Assembly: GCF_963921235.1 (NCBI RefSeq)
Contig: NC_086102.1
Coordinates: forward strand, 35,154,001 to 35,218,000
Length of the DNA: 64,000 nucleotides
Direction of reading: 5' to 3'
Source of the DNA: Mobula hypostoma
Taxonomy: Eukaryota
The translations under genes and the position numbers were made by a program. How positions within the stretch are numbered: position 1 is the stretch's first letter; every line of letters begins with the position of its first letter. This document shows positions 51,277-64,000 of the stretch, piece by piece. The notes beneath the pieces are model-generated. The model saw nothing but the letters and a program-made list of their open reading frames with translations, made no database searches and was not told the DNA's origin.

Positions 51277-52888
51277 GCAAACAACAGGAATTCTGCAGAT
51301 GCTGGAAATTCAAGCAACATACATCAAAGTTGCTGGTGAACGCAGCAAGCCAAGCAGCATCTGTAGGAAGAGGCGCAGTCGACGTTTCAGGCCGAGACCC
51401 TTCATCAGGACTAACTGAAGGAAGAGTGAGTAAGGGATTTGAAAGCTGGAGGGGGAGGGGGAGATGCAAAATGATAGGAGAAGACAGGAGGGGGAGGGAT
51501 AGAGCAGAGAGCTGGACAGGTGATAGGCAAAAGGGGATACGAGAGGATCATGGGACAGGAGGTCCGGGAAGAAAGACGGGGGGGGGGGTGACCCAGAGGA
51601 TGGGCAAGAGGTATATTCAGAGGGACAGAGGGAGAAAAAGGAGAGTGAGAGAAAGAATGTGTGCATAAAAATGAGTAACAGATGGGGTACGAGGGGGAGG
51701 TGGGGCCTTAGCGGAAGTTAGAGAAGTCGATGTTCATGCCATCAGGTTGGAGGCTACCCAGACGGAATATAAGGTGTTGTTCCTCCAACCTGAGTGTGGC
51801 TTCATCTTTACAGTAGAGGAGGCTGTGAATAGACATGTCAGAATGGGAATGGGATGTGGAATTAAAATGTGTGGCCACTGGGAGATCCTGCTTTCTCTGG
51901 CGGACAGAGCGTAGATGTTCAGCAAAGCGGTCTCCCAGTCTGCGTCGGGTCTCACCAATATATAAAAGGCCACATCGGGAGCACCGGACGCAGTATATCA
52001 CCCCAGTCGACTCACAGGTGAAGTGATGCCTCACCTGGAAGGACTGTTTGGGGCCCTGAATGGTGGTAAGGGAGGAAGTGTAAGGGCATGTGTAGCACTT
52101 GTTCCGCTTACACGGATAAGTGCCAGGAGGGAGATCAGTGGGGAGGGATGGGGGGACGAATGGACAAGGGAGTTGTGTAGGGAGCGATCCCTGCGGAATG
52201 CAGGGGGGGGGGAGGGAAAGATGTGCTTAGTGGTGGGATCCCGTTGGAGGTGGCGGAAGTTACGGAGAATAATATGTTGGACCCGGAGGCTGGTGGGGTG
52301 GTAGGTGAGGACCAGGGGAACCCTATTCCTAGTGGGGTGGTGGGAGGATGGAGTGAGAGCAGATGTACGTGAAATGGGGGAGATGCGTTTAAGAGCAGAG
52401 TTGATAGTGGAGGAAGGGAAGCCCCTTTCTTTAAAAAATGAAGACATCTCCCTCGTCCTAGAATGAAAAGCCTCATCCTGAGAGCAGATGCGGCAGAGAC
52501 GGAGGAATTGCGAGAAGGGGATGGCGTTTTTGCAAGAGACAGGGTGAGAAGAGGAATAGTCCAGATAGCTGTGACAGTCAGTAGGCTTATAGTAGACATC
52601 AGTGGATAAGCTGTCTCCAGAGACAGAGACAGAAAGATCTAGAAAGGGGAGGGAGGTGTCGGAAATGGACCAGGTAAACTTGAGGGCAGGGTGAAAGTTG
52701 GAGGCAAAGTTAATAAAGTCAACGAGTTCTGCATGCGTGCAGGAAGCAGCGCCAATGCAGTCGTCAATGTAGCGAAGGAAAAGTGGGGGACAGATACCAG
52801 AATAGGCACGGAACATAGATTGTTCCACAAACCCAACAAAAAGGCAGGCATAGCTAGGACCCATACGGGTGCCCATAGCTACACCTTT
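51277..52888 (-). mobile_element. Young 5'-truncated Penelope-like element (RT + GIY-YIG)
   Basis: MGTRMGPSYACLF, FLRYIDDC and GVIYCVRCSRCGLLYIGET; perfect 14-bp TSD agccttatttttac (51263-76 / 52889-902). Confidence 0.95.
51377..51412 (-). ncRNA. Minimal type I hammerhead ribozyme motif in the Penelope terminal repeat
   Basis: AGUC-CUGAUGA-a-GGGU(cucg)GCCU-GAAAC-GUC-GACU: core boxes, stem I, stem II and GUC cleavage triplet. Confidence 0.8.
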
Positions 52889-53239
52889 AGCCTTATTTTT
52901 ACTTTAGTTTTGCTAGTTGTGTCTCTCTCACTGTGTACTGTGCACTAGTACTCACGGGCGAAGAGGTTTTGTTGACAGTTGCTACGGGTGGTGTCTCGGC
53001 TCATCCCAAGCAGCTGTGTAATGGAAAACTCTGACCTACAGAATGTACCCGGAGACACACACCAAGATAAATATCAAGCGCTGCTTGAAGTTCATTAACT
53101 TGGTGAAGGACACTCTTTTGACTGCCTGACATTTATTGCTCTTCCAGCGCAGCAACAGGTCTGTAAGGCAATGCTGCAGATCGGCGCGGTCCAGGCTGCA
53201 CTGCCGCTCAGTATAGCCAACGTTACGGTGCCATATGGG

Positions 53240-54231
53240 AGAGCACATTCGAGGACCCAAAGATTGAAACAGGAGACACTGATTTAACAATAAGTGTGCG
53301 AGGTTAGTTATTTAAGAAATGAACAGTGAGGCACTAAGTCGCATCTAGCGAAACAAGCATTCGTCTAAGCTACCCAAAACCACTACACCATACATTCAGT
53401 TACTCTTTAAATGGATAGGTACTCTGCTAAACCTCCCCGATTTATAAAACCCAAGATAGCATGTTGCGAAACCCATAGCATGTTACGAACAGATACGTAA
53501 CTAAACAAACCGCGGGGAAGTTGGAGACCTTTTGGGGCACAGGCAATCTGATGGACTACTATAATGCACTGAGGTGTAACTACTGGACTTGTAATACAGA
53601 GTTTTATACTTTTGCCTTGTGTTTGTAGTTCAATGGGGCATCTGCGAGTGTTTTACTAGCCTAAGGGCTGAGTTACATGATGTAGCAACTTCCACCATAG
53701 GGCGCAGTTTATTCTGTTTCAAACCACTTCCACCATGCTGATTGGTTCATTTTAAAGTTTGTGATGCTTTTTGGTTGACATCTGGGCGTAATGGAGCCCA
53801 TCTCCGGTTCTGGGCACCTTGGGAGTATAAAAGACAGAGCGAACCCTCTGCGCGTATACTTTCTTTCCTGCCATCCACAGGGCGTGCCTCCGGGCTGAAT
53901 TCCTGACCAGTTCTAAAGGACCACTGAGAAAGAGAGCATTGCAGACACAGACACCCCCCCAGCTCCCCTGCGCTTTGTTTAGTTAAGTACTTGTACGTAA
54001 CATGCTTACTTCTTGGGTTTTTATAAATCAGGGAGGTTTAGCAGTGTTTCTGTTCATCTAAAGGGTAACTGAATGTATGACGTAGTGGTTTTGGGTAGCT
54101 TAGACGAATACCTGTTTAGCTAGATATCTGATTTAGTGTCTCACTGTTCATTTCTTAAATCAGTTGTTTCTTAAATCCCATTGTTAAATCAGTGTCTCCT
54201 GTTTCGCTCACTGGATCCTCGAACCTGCTCT
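53240..54231. repeat. Inverted pair of related LTR-like sequences (arms about 53240-53525 and 53958-54231)
   Basis: Shared blocks such as gaaacaggagacactgatttaacaat and ttcgtctaagctacccaaaaccactac in reverse complement; gattgg and tataaaa boxes in the spacer. Confidence 0.8.
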
Positions 54232-55247
54232 AGACTGTCAGGAAGGAACACAGTCTAAGCTTCTTGGGCAGACTTTGGTGGGAAAGCCTCTCAAAGTATA
54301 AAAAGAGCATCAATGAAGGGTGTTGGCCCGAAACATCAACTGTTCATTTCCCTCCATTGACACTTCCTGACCTGCTGGGTTGCTCCAGCATTTTGTCTGA
54401 TGCTATAGCTCAACCTCACTGGTCTGAAAATCAGTAGTTCTTATCTACAGTACTTGGAGAATAATTAGATTTGACAGATCTCATCTCCCCTGTTCCATTT
54501 TAAAGGCTAGCACTAAAATCACACTCTTGTCCCTCTAGTGATTTCAAATACAGACTCGCATGGGCTTGGACTTCTTCCCAGCTTCAGATCTCTGTCACAT
54601 CTCATGGTGGCCTGCTCACTGTTGAATTAGGAAGGTACCCCAACCTCCATACTCAGGGGATAAAGATTTTACCCTCATTTCCTTTAGCCGACGGGACTGA
54701 GGAGGGGTATGGGGATCTGCCTGCACTGCAGGCTTCCACAACATGTAGTTATTCATAAACTCACACATGTGCTATTACAGGCTCAGATGCCTCCTTAGAA
54801 ACCTCTTTCCAGGAGCACCTGGCTGTAGGCTTGGAGTGTGTCCATTGTGCCTTTCTACGTAGTATAAGCTTTCTAGAGAAACCAGATTGTCAAAGTCCCT
54901 CAGACCCATAGAGCCTTTTCCCACCCTTCTCATTCATTAAATAGTAGCATTCTCAAGCATGAGGGAGCATGCTGCTTGTAGTGTAAATCTCTAAGAGCTG
55001 TTTATGAAGGTCATAGCTGCAGAGTTACATGTCAGCAGCTGTAAGAATTTGCGTAGCGTTAATAAAGAAGCATGTGTCAAAAATGATAGTGCAGCTCTAC
55101 GCAGGGAAAAGTGACAACAGTGCGCCCTAAACTGAACACCACAAGTATTATAGGACCTTTATACTCCCTATTCGAACATTAGAAAATAAGAAATAGAAAT
55201 AGAAATAGTTCATTCAACAACTGTCACCTGTTTGCCATTCAATAAAA

Positions 55248-55670
55248 TAGATTAGATTAGATTCAACTGTCTTGTCATTGTGCCGAGCACAGATACAAAG
55301 CCAATGAAATGCAGTTAGCATCCGACCAGAAATGCAAAGAATAGTGTTATTTGCAAAATAACTGCGAATAAAAAGAAAGTGCTACAGCACACAAATATAA
55401 AAGTACTGAGACAGTACAATATGGGTGCAATACTGCTTAGCGCTGTGCTGAGAGGTTCAGCAGGGTCACAGCCTCAGGGAAGAGGCTCTTCCTGAGCCTG
55501 CTGGTGCGGGAGCGGAGACTCCTGTAGCGCCTACCGGATGGGAGGAGAGTAAAAAGTCCATGGTTAGGGTGAGATGCATCCTTGATAATGCTTTTCACCC
55601 TGCTCAGGCAGCGTTTATGGTAGATGTTCTCAATGGTGGGCAATTGGGTGCCGATAATCCGTTGGGTCAT
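55248..55670 (-). mobile_element. Rex1/Babar LINE 3' end
   Basis: IIKDASHPNHGLFTLLPSGRRYRSLRSRTSRLRKSLFPEAVTLLN; (TCTAA)n tail. Confidence 0.85.
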
Positions 55671-56109
55671 GACTGATCTTTGGTATCAACACACTTACCT
55701 GTATTATTTCTTTTAATATCTGAAAATCTATTAATTTCTATCTTGACTATACTCAGTGGCAGTCTCTACAGCTCTAGGAGGTAGCTCATTCAAAACATTC
55801 ACTATCCATTCAGATGTAGAGGATTCTTCATTGTTCTTTCCATAACAGTTTTGTTTTACCAGCCAGGGTTGTTTGCACTGAGCTGAACCCCTGAACCTGG
55901 AGAACTGGTGGACCAATCTTAGCTTGGCCTCTACCCTTTGATCTGTTTAGCATGGGTGACCCTACCAAGAGTCATAGCATAAAGTTCTGACTCCAACCAA
56001 TATAGTTCTCCACATCATTGAGGCAGATAAGCCCCCAAACCACAACAAGGTTGTGGTCCGCCTGGAGAAGTATTTTAATAAATCACCTGTTATTTTGAAC
56101 ACTAACTCC

Positions 56110-56805
56110 ATGTGATCTTTCAGTTTTCTCATACATCCCCTTCCAATCAGCTTTGGCCAGCTGCTTTATCATGCCTCGGCAGTTCCCTTCACTCCACTGT
56201 AGTACCAATACATCTGATGCTAGCTTCTCCGCTCTAACTGAAAGATCAATCAAGATCACCGCCTCCTTAGGGTTCCGTTACCTCATGCGCCCTAATCAAA
56301 TCTGGTTCATTACATAACACACACCTCAGAATGGCCTTTTCCCTATCAGGCTCAACCACGCACTGCCCTAAACAGCCATCTCTTTGGCGTTCCAGAAATT
56401 CATTCTCCTGGTATCCAGCAGGAATCAGATTGCCAATCTCCCAGCATATTAGAACATTGTTTTTATGCATACCTTTTCCATCTCCCATTGTAATTTGTAT
56501 TCCACATCCAGGCTAGAGTTCAGAGGTCTATATGCAACTCCCATCAAGCTCTTTATACTCTTGCAGTTTCTTAGCTCTGCCCATTAGGTTTCTACATCTT
56601 CCTGTCCTATGTCACTTCTTTCTGAAGATCTGATTACATGTTTTACCAACAGAGCCATCCTACCCCACTTTGTCTGCCTGCCTGGCCTTTTGATACAATG
56701 TGTATTCTTGAAAGTTAAGCTCCTAACTGTGATCTTCTTTCAGCTGCCACCCAGTGATGCCCAGAATGTCATACCTGCCGATCTCTAACTATGCTACAAG
56801 ATATT
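56110..56805 (-). mobile_element. CR1 endonuclease fragment
   Basis: QENEFLE...VVEPDREKAIL.CVLCNEPDLI. Confidence 0.75.
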
Positions 56806-57009
56806 GCACTCCCAACTGCCAGGAAATTGTTAGTTCATTGAAGCAAAATGCTGCAGATATGGAAAATCTGAAACAAAGAGAATCAGAATCAGATTTATCA
56901 CTGACTTATATGATGTAATATCTGTTGTTTTGCAGCAGGAGTACAGTGCAAAGTCAAAATTACTATAAAATACAAAAATAAATAAAGGTTGCGAAATAAA
57001 ATTAATAGA

Positions 57010-60000
57010 TGGTGATTATAGGAACAGTCAACATGGATTTGTGCGTGGAAGGTCATGTTTGACAAATCTTATAAAATTTTTTGATGAGGTTACTAAGAAA
57101 GTTGACGGGGGTAAAACGGTGGATGTTGTCTATATGGACTTCAATAAGGCCTTTGACAAGGTTCCACACGGAAGGTTAGTTAAGAAAGTTCAATCGTTAG
57201 GCATTAATATGGAAGTAGTAAAATGGATTCAGCAGTGGCTAGATGGGAGACGCCAGAGAGTAGTGGTGGATAACTGTGTGTCAGATTGGAGGAGGGTGTG
57301 TAGTGGTGTGCCTCAGGGATCTGTACTCGGTCCAATGTTGTTTGTAATATATATTAATGATCTGGATGATGGGGTGGTAAATTGGATTAGTAAGTATGCA
57401 GATGATACTAAGATAGGTGGTGTTGTGAATGATGAGGTAGGTTGCAGAGAACTTGCAGAGAAAACTTGCAGAGAAAATTAGGACAGTTAGAAGAGTGGGC
57501 TGAAAGATGGCAGATGGAGTTTAACGCTAAAAAATGTGAGGTGCTTCATTTTGGTAGAACTAATCAAAATAGGACATACATGGTAAATGGTAGGACATTA
57601 CAGAATGCTTTAGAACAGAGGGATCTAGGAATAATGGTGCATAGTTCCCTGAAGATGGAATCTCATGTGGATGGGGTGGTGAAGAAAGCTTTTGGTTTGC
57701 TGGCCTTTATTAATCAAAGCTTTGAGTATAGGAGTTGAGATGTAATGTTGAATTTGTATAAGGCATTGGTAAGGCCAAATCTGGAGTATTGTGTACAGTT
57801 CTGGTCACCGAATTATAGGAAAGATGTCAATAAAATTGAGAGAGTACAGAGGAGGTTTACTAAAATGTTGCCTGGGTTTCATCTCCTAAGTTACAGAGAA
57901 AGGTTGAACAAGTTAGGTCTTTATTCTTTGGACCGGAGAAGGTTGAGGGGGAACTTGATAGAGGTGTTTAAAATTATGAGGGGGATTGATGAGTTGACGT
58001 GGTTAGACTTTTTCCATTGAGAGTGGGGAAGATTCAAACAAGAGGACATGGGTTGAGAATTAGAGGACAACCATTGAAAGCTGCAGATTTTCCCCCAAGC
58101 CTCCTCTGAAAGTACCAACCCCGCTTCTTTCTCCCACTTCTCTTTAATATACAGTGTATTTACATTTTTAGCATGAGAGAGTGCATTATATAGGCGAGAA
58201 ACTGATTTACTAGGTATTGAACTGCAAGCCGAATTCAGAATCTTGAAAAATTCTAATTCTACTGTTGATAGGTCTGTATATCTACAACTCTGGTTAACAT
58301 AGTTTCGTATTTGAAGGTACCTAAAAAAGTCATTATGTTCTAGGCCATGTTTGTCCTGCAGGATTTGGAAACTTTGTAATACTCTTTTATCTATAAATGA
58401 GAGGTAGGTTGTAAGACCTTTCTTTATCCATAGCTCAAATCTTTTATCTCCTCTGTTGGGAAGGAATTCGGTATCATATGCACACCATCTAAAGAGTTTT
58501 AGCATGTTATTAATTCCACATGAATTAACCACCTTCTGCCATACTTTTAATGTAAGATTTATCCAAGCATTATTAAATTTTTCCAACTGGGCCATCAATC
58601 CTTTGTCAGCTATTGAGGCCTGAAGAGGAAAACTGTCAACTAATCCAAATTCTATTTCCTTCCATCTAGCCTTATATTCCCTATTACACCAATATAATTT
58701 CTCAGGCAAGGAAGAACCATACCTCCTCTTTCCTTCCCTAACTGTAAGGTGTTATATCGAATTCTAGGTTTCCTTCCTTGCCAAATGAAGCAGGAAATCC
58801 ATTTGTCCCATTCCCTGAATTGATTATCATCCACCTCCACTGGTAAAGTACGGAAAAGATATAATAACCGAGGAAGGATATTCATTTTTATAGTATTTAT
58901 CCTTGAATTTAAACTTAAAAAGGGGATAAAATTCCATCTATACATATCTGCTTTTATCTCTGAGATTAATGGCCCATAATTTACCTGTGACAGTGTTGAA
59001 AGATCCTTCGGCAGGGTTATTCCTAAATATTTTAATGATTTAGCTTCCCACTTAAGATCGTATGTATCCTGCAATTTTTTGGATGGTGTATAATTTAGGG
59101 ACATAACCTGCGTTTTCTTTACATTTATTTTATAACCTGATATTTTCCCAAAGTCATCCAACAGTGTAAACAATCCTATAAATCATTTTTCTGGTTCATT
59201 CAGATAGACCAAAACATCATCTGCGAATAACGCCACTTTCTGTTCAATCCCTGCCACCTTGATACCTTTTACGATTTCGCTCTGTCTTATTAGTTGGGCA
59301 AGTGGTTCAATATATAGCGCAAAAAGGAGAGGAGAAATTGGGCATCCCTGTCTAGTGCCTCTCTCTAAAATGAAGGAGTCAGAGAGGTCCCCATTTATCT
59401 TAATTCGGGCTGTAGAGCTGTCATATAGAGTCTGAATTACTTTAATAAACCTTTCTTGAAAGCCGAATCTTCCTAACACTCTGTATAGGAATGCCCAACT
59501 AACCGAATCAAAAGCTTTCTCAGTGTCCAATCCTACTACCATTGTCTCTGTCTCCTTCTTATTAACCTGTTCTAATATGTGCAGAGTTCTCCTTATGTTG
59601 TCCTGTGTTTGTCTTTGTTGAATAAATCCAGTCTGGTCTTCTTTGACTTGAAGAGAACATTGTTGGAAAAACATTATAAGATACTTCAAGACCCCATATC
59701 AGGAAAAATATAAAGATACAAATGTGATGTGTTGGAGAAGGTGCGGCTCCAAGGGGGCAAATCATTTTCATATTTTCTGGGATTGCCCTAAATTAAGTCT
59801 ATTGTGGGAAGGTATTCATAGAACATTAGTTAAGGTACTTAGGTCCCAGATACCTCTGAACTTTGAGACGCTCTATTTGGGGCATGTATTGTTCCTTATA
59901 AAGTTGCTGCAGGCCCTCTTAGCGGCAAGTAAGAAATCAATCACTAGAAAATAGCTAAATCCAATACCACCTACATTAGAAGATTGGTACGAAATTATCT

Positions 60001-60955
60001 TGGAAATATTTAAAATGGAAGAGTTGACTTACTCCCTGAGAACTCAAAAAGAAACATTTTATCAAATCTGGAATAAATGGATTGAATATATAACCCCAAT
60101 GCGAGCAGACTTTAGATGACTCTCCTAATGATTTATATTGCTCTTCTCATCAACACAGTAATATTGCTAACGTAAGCACCCCTAGTCTAAATGTTTGTTT
60201 GTTTTTTTGGAAAATAGAGAATTAACACAAGTAAAGGGAAAGATTTGGGAAAGGGATAAAAAAAATGAAAAAATTAAGTAAATAAGTACATAGGGATTGG
60301 ATAATTGTGTCTGCGGGCAGGAACAAGCACGAACAAATTGGGATATAAACACCTACAATGGTTGGTATATAGGCTTGTATGCAACATTTTGGACCAGTGG
60401 AAATGGTCCAGAAGGGTTGTATGGAAACTATTATTACCATTTTTCTTAACAACTAATTTCATTACTTAGCCTAATAGGTTAGATTTACCACAGTACATAA
60501 TTATCTATTTAAATGTTTATTTTCCTTCTATATCATCTCAATGTGTACTTAAGAATGTATAAATAATTGTAGTTTTATACATATAAAAAAATGGAAAAGG
60601 TTATATGTGTAAAAAAAGTACATGATAATTGTGAATTCCTTATCCAAATAAAAACAAAATTAAAAAAAAGAGAGATTTAGAGGACAAAAGTTTTAGGGGT
60701 AACATGAGGGGGAACTTCTTTACCCAGAGAGTGGTAGCTGTGTGGAACGAGCTTCCAGCAGAAGTGGTTGAGGCGGGTTCGATGTTGTCGTTTAAAGTTA
60801 AATTGAATAGATATATGGACAGGAAAGGAATGGAGGGTTATGGGCTGAGTGCAGGTCGGTGGGACTAGGATAGGGTAAGAGCTCAGCATGGATTAGAAGG
60901 GCTTAGATGGCCTGTTTCTGTGCTGTAATTGTTATATGGTTATATGGTTATATGA
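57010..60955 (+). mobile_element. CR1 LINE RT-3'UTR, split by an L1 insertion (57010-58070 + 60672-60955)
   Basis: QHGFVRGRSCLTNL, KYADDTK and RPNLEYCVQFWSP; sequence resumes after the L1 with GNFFTQRVV; (tatatggt)n tail. Confidence 0.92.
58071..60671. mobile_element. L1-clade LINE with inverted 5' segment (58071-~59640 minus; ~59640-60671 plus)
   Basis: Minus: QTGF, TEKAFD, GTRQGCPISPLLF, LFADD, SGYKIN. Plus: CWRRCG...HIFWDCP, 3'UTR, AATAAA and A-tail. 16-bp TSD gagaattagaggacaa / gagatttagaggacaa. Confidence 0.93.
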
Positions 60956-61809
60956 CTATAGTCACGCTGATCATTCATAAATCTCTTGGGGGTGGGGGGG
61001 AAAGGGTTGGAAGTTGGTTCTGAATTGCAGAATTTGAATCTTCAGGGAAAATGTTGATTGGGCTCAGCATTGTTTTACAATGAAAGCTTCGCTAGTTTTG
61101 TTGTTTGCATTTTGATGGGGTCCCTGACCTGAAACATCCACCCTCCCACTACAGAACTTCAGTCCTGGCAAAGTTGCTGTTTTATGCACAAACTCACAAA
61201 TGTGACAAGATTCAAATGTTAATCAATGTTTTGTCTTTAGTTTCTGTGGGAGTCGGAAACTTACTCACAGAAGTTCAAGGCACAATGTCACTCGACAATC
61301 GCCATGTTGACAATACAAACACAAAGGAGCTTTTACTGAATAATTTCATTTTATAAAAGTCTGAGAATTTGGTGCTGCTTTTAAGTTCGAAGGAGTTGAT
61401 ACTATTTTTATAATGACATAATTATTGCTACGCGATACAATGTTTGAGATATCATATACAACGAATGAGTTTTCCTGATATGGTAATCGCTTGAGATGAG
61501 TACGACTCCATGTACGAGCTGAGTGTGTTACACTTCATTGTTAATTGCCTGATTTACTATTAGGTGTGACAAACTGACTGATTTGCCTTGAACTTTGCAA
61601 TTATTAGAGCTGATTCTTCCACATTGAACTCATTGAGCCCAGGGTACCTATCAATCTATTGGAATGGTTGGAATGTAACACGTAGTGGTTGAAATATGAA
61701 ACCTTGGCTGCTGAACTGGCGAGATTACTGCTATTCTGCTGACGGAACGTTTGAAGGTTCGATCTTTGCCAACTGCACGAGTGGAGCAAAATATGATAAG
61801 GCATGGCAA

Positions 61810-62155
61810 CCTGTATAAGATGATGAGAGGCATTGATCGTGTGGATAGTCAGAGGCTTTTTTTTCCCAGGGCTGAAATGACTACCACAAGAGGGCACAGT
61901 CTTAAGGTGCTCGGAAGTAGGCAGAGGGGATTCAGGGGTAAGTTTTTTTACGCAGAAGGTGGTGAGTGCGTGGAATGGGCTGCTGGTGACGGTAGTGGAG
62001 GCGGATACAATAGGGTCTTTTAAGAGACTCCTGGACAGGTACATGGAGCTTATAAAAACAGAGGGCTATGGGTAACCCTAGTAATTTCTAAAGTAAGTAC
62101 ATGTTTGGCACAGCATTGTGGGCTGAAGGGCCTGTATTGTGCTGTAGGTTTTCTA
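61810..62155 (+). mobile_element. CR1 3' end fragment
   Basis: YKMMRGIDRVDSQRLF..TRGHSLKV. Confidence 0.85.
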
Positions 62156-62604
62156 ACCTATTTTATAGTGAAAGGGATTTTTTTCTTTCATCTATACATT
62201 TCATAACATATCACAAAATCAGTTAAATTCTCGTGCCTAGGGGAAAAATCCTCGCCATGAAAGCTGCCGGTTTGAGCTCTTGGAAGCGAACTCATGGTTG
62301 GGGTTCCGAATCACTAAAATATTATTTAACATACTTTCATATCGCTGGGTTGGTCATAGATTGTCTATCACAATTATTAACGTACGCTAAGTAAATATCG
62401 AATGAAAATTGAAGATCCTTCGGGAATCTTTCTCGCAAATCTTGTGCTCGGCGACTCCACTTTTAAAATGCACTAACATATGGATAAACTACAAAACTGG
62501 AGAAAAGCGGCAGCTCTTGCAAAAATGATGCAACTTGTCTTGTGGCCATGTCTTCTCTAGAAAAATAACGCTACTGTACAATGAACAAATGGCTACATTA
62601 AAAC

Positions 62605-62855
62605 GGCTCCATCTGCCATCTTTCAGCCCACTCTTCTAACTGTCCTAAATCTCTCTGCAAGTTTTGAAAACCTACCTCATCATCCACAACACCACCTATC
62701 TTAGTATCATCTGCATACTTACTAATCCAATTTACCACCCCATCATCCAGATCATCACTGGGTGATCACTGGGCGGCTGCAGAAAGAAGATCACAGTTAG
62801 GAGATGATCATTGATGATGCAAAGATCATCGCCAGAGGCTCAGCAATCTCCTCCC
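62605..62855 (-). mobile_element. Rearranged short CR1 fragments
   Basis: WISKYADDTK (62605-62755); a further fragment PGSDEMYPRLLWEAREEIAEPLA runs from about 62805 to 62905. Confidence 0.7.
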
Positions 62856-62913
62856 TCGCCTCCCACAGTAGCCTGGGGTACATCTCATCCGATCCCGGCC
62901 ACTTAACCAACTC

Positions 62914-63408
62914 AAACGTGAGAAAATCTGCAGATGCTGGAAATTCAAGCAACACACACAAAATACTGGCGGAACGCAGCAGGCCAGGCAGCATCTATAG
63001 GAAGAGATACAGTCAACGTTACGGGTCAAGACCCTTCATCAGGACTAACGGAAAAAAGAGATAGTAAGAGATTTGAAAGTGGGAGAGGGAGGGGGAGACC
63101 CAAAATGATAGGAGAAGACAGGAGGGGGAGGGATGAAGTTAAGAGCTGGGAAGTGGATTGGCAAAAGGGATACAAGGCTGGAGAAGGGGGAGTATCATAG
63201 GACAGAAATCCTTGGAAGAAAAAAAGGGGGAAGGGAACAGCAAAGGAAGATGGAGAACAGACAAGGAGTTATTGTGAGAGGGAAAGAGAAAAGCAAAAAA
63301 TAAATAAATAAATAAATAAAAATTAGGGAGGGGGTAAGAAGGGGAGGAGGGGCATTAATGGAAGTTAGAGAAATCATTGTTCATGGTTTGGAGGCTACCC
63401 AGACAGAA
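62914..63408 (-). mobile_element. Penelope-like 3' fragment with mutated hammerhead motif (63011-63046)
   Basis: Homologous to about 51280-51770; AGUC-CUGAUGA-a-GGGU(cuug)ACCC-GUAAC-GUU-GACU. Confidence 0.85.
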
Positions 63409-64000
63409 TAGAAACATAGAAACATAGAAAATAGGTGCAGGAGTAGGCCATTCGGCCCTTCGAGCCTGCACCGCCATTTATTATGATCATGGCTGATCAT
63501 CCAACTCAGAACCCAGCCTTCCCTCCATACCCCTTGACCCCTGTAGCCACAAGGGCCATATCTAACTCCCTCTTAAACATAGCCAATGAACTGGCCTCAA
63601 CAGTTTCCTGTGGCAGAGAATTCCACAGATTCACCACTCTCTGTGTGAAGAAGTTTTTCCTAATCTCGGTCCTAAAAGGCTTCCCCTCTATCCTCAAACT
63701 GTGACCCCTCGTTCTGGACTTCCCCAACATCGGGAACAATCTTCCTGCATCCAGCCTGTCCAATCCCTTTAGGATCTTATACGTTTCAATCAGATCCCCC
63801 CTCAATCTTCTAAATTCCAACGAGTACAAGCCCAGTTCATCCAGTCTTTCTTCATATGAAAGTCCTGCCATCCCAGGAATCAATCTGGTGAACCTTCTTT
63901 GTACTCCCTCTAAGGCAAAGATGTCTTTCCTCAGATTAGGGGACCAAAACTGCACACGATACTCCAGGTGTGGTCTCACCAAGGCCTTGTACAACTGCAG
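63409..64000 (-). mobile_element. Young CR1 LINE 3' end (continues off the window)
   Basis: Open ORF 63506..63994 YKALVRPHLEY...NFFTQRVVNLWNSLP; (catagaaa)n tail. Confidence 0.95.

Noticed and set aside
57921-58070. ORF 57921..58709 as a single 262-aa protein
   Set aside because: Chance fusion of inverted L1 ORF2 with antisense CR1 across the insertion junction
61380-61800. Unique-looking segment with short ORFs
   Set aside because: No recognisable motif, termini or splice pattern; cannot be classified by eye

Overview
Eukaryotic, repeat-dense genomic DNA. The repeat spectrum (abundant CR1 LINEs, Penelope-like elements, Rex1, Tx1) and the gene content suggest a cartilaginous fish; this is an inference. 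There is one host gene, a 5-coding-exon NXPE3-like gene on the + strand (ATG 8919, stop 28087, about 579 aa, all splice phases compatible). It has GNS where the family has a GDS motif, and intron 2 holds a decayed duplicate of part of exon 2. The rest is a stack of nested mobile elements: many CR1 copies; Penelope-like elements carrying minimal hammerhead-ribozyme motifs; a triple-nested set of DNA transposons; a degenerate Tx1 LINE that appears to have seeded a 39-bp minisatellite; a degenerate Gypsy; an L1 with a twin-priming 5' inversion; and two inverted LTR-like copies. The most unusual object is a BEL/Pao LTR element inserted in the minisatellite (both LTRs, 5-bp TSD). It lacks RT/RNase H and carries a roughly 160-codon coiled-coil segment, possibly CENP-F-like and host-derived, in their place. 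All alignments and family calls were made by eye and from memory of family motifs; no searches were run.
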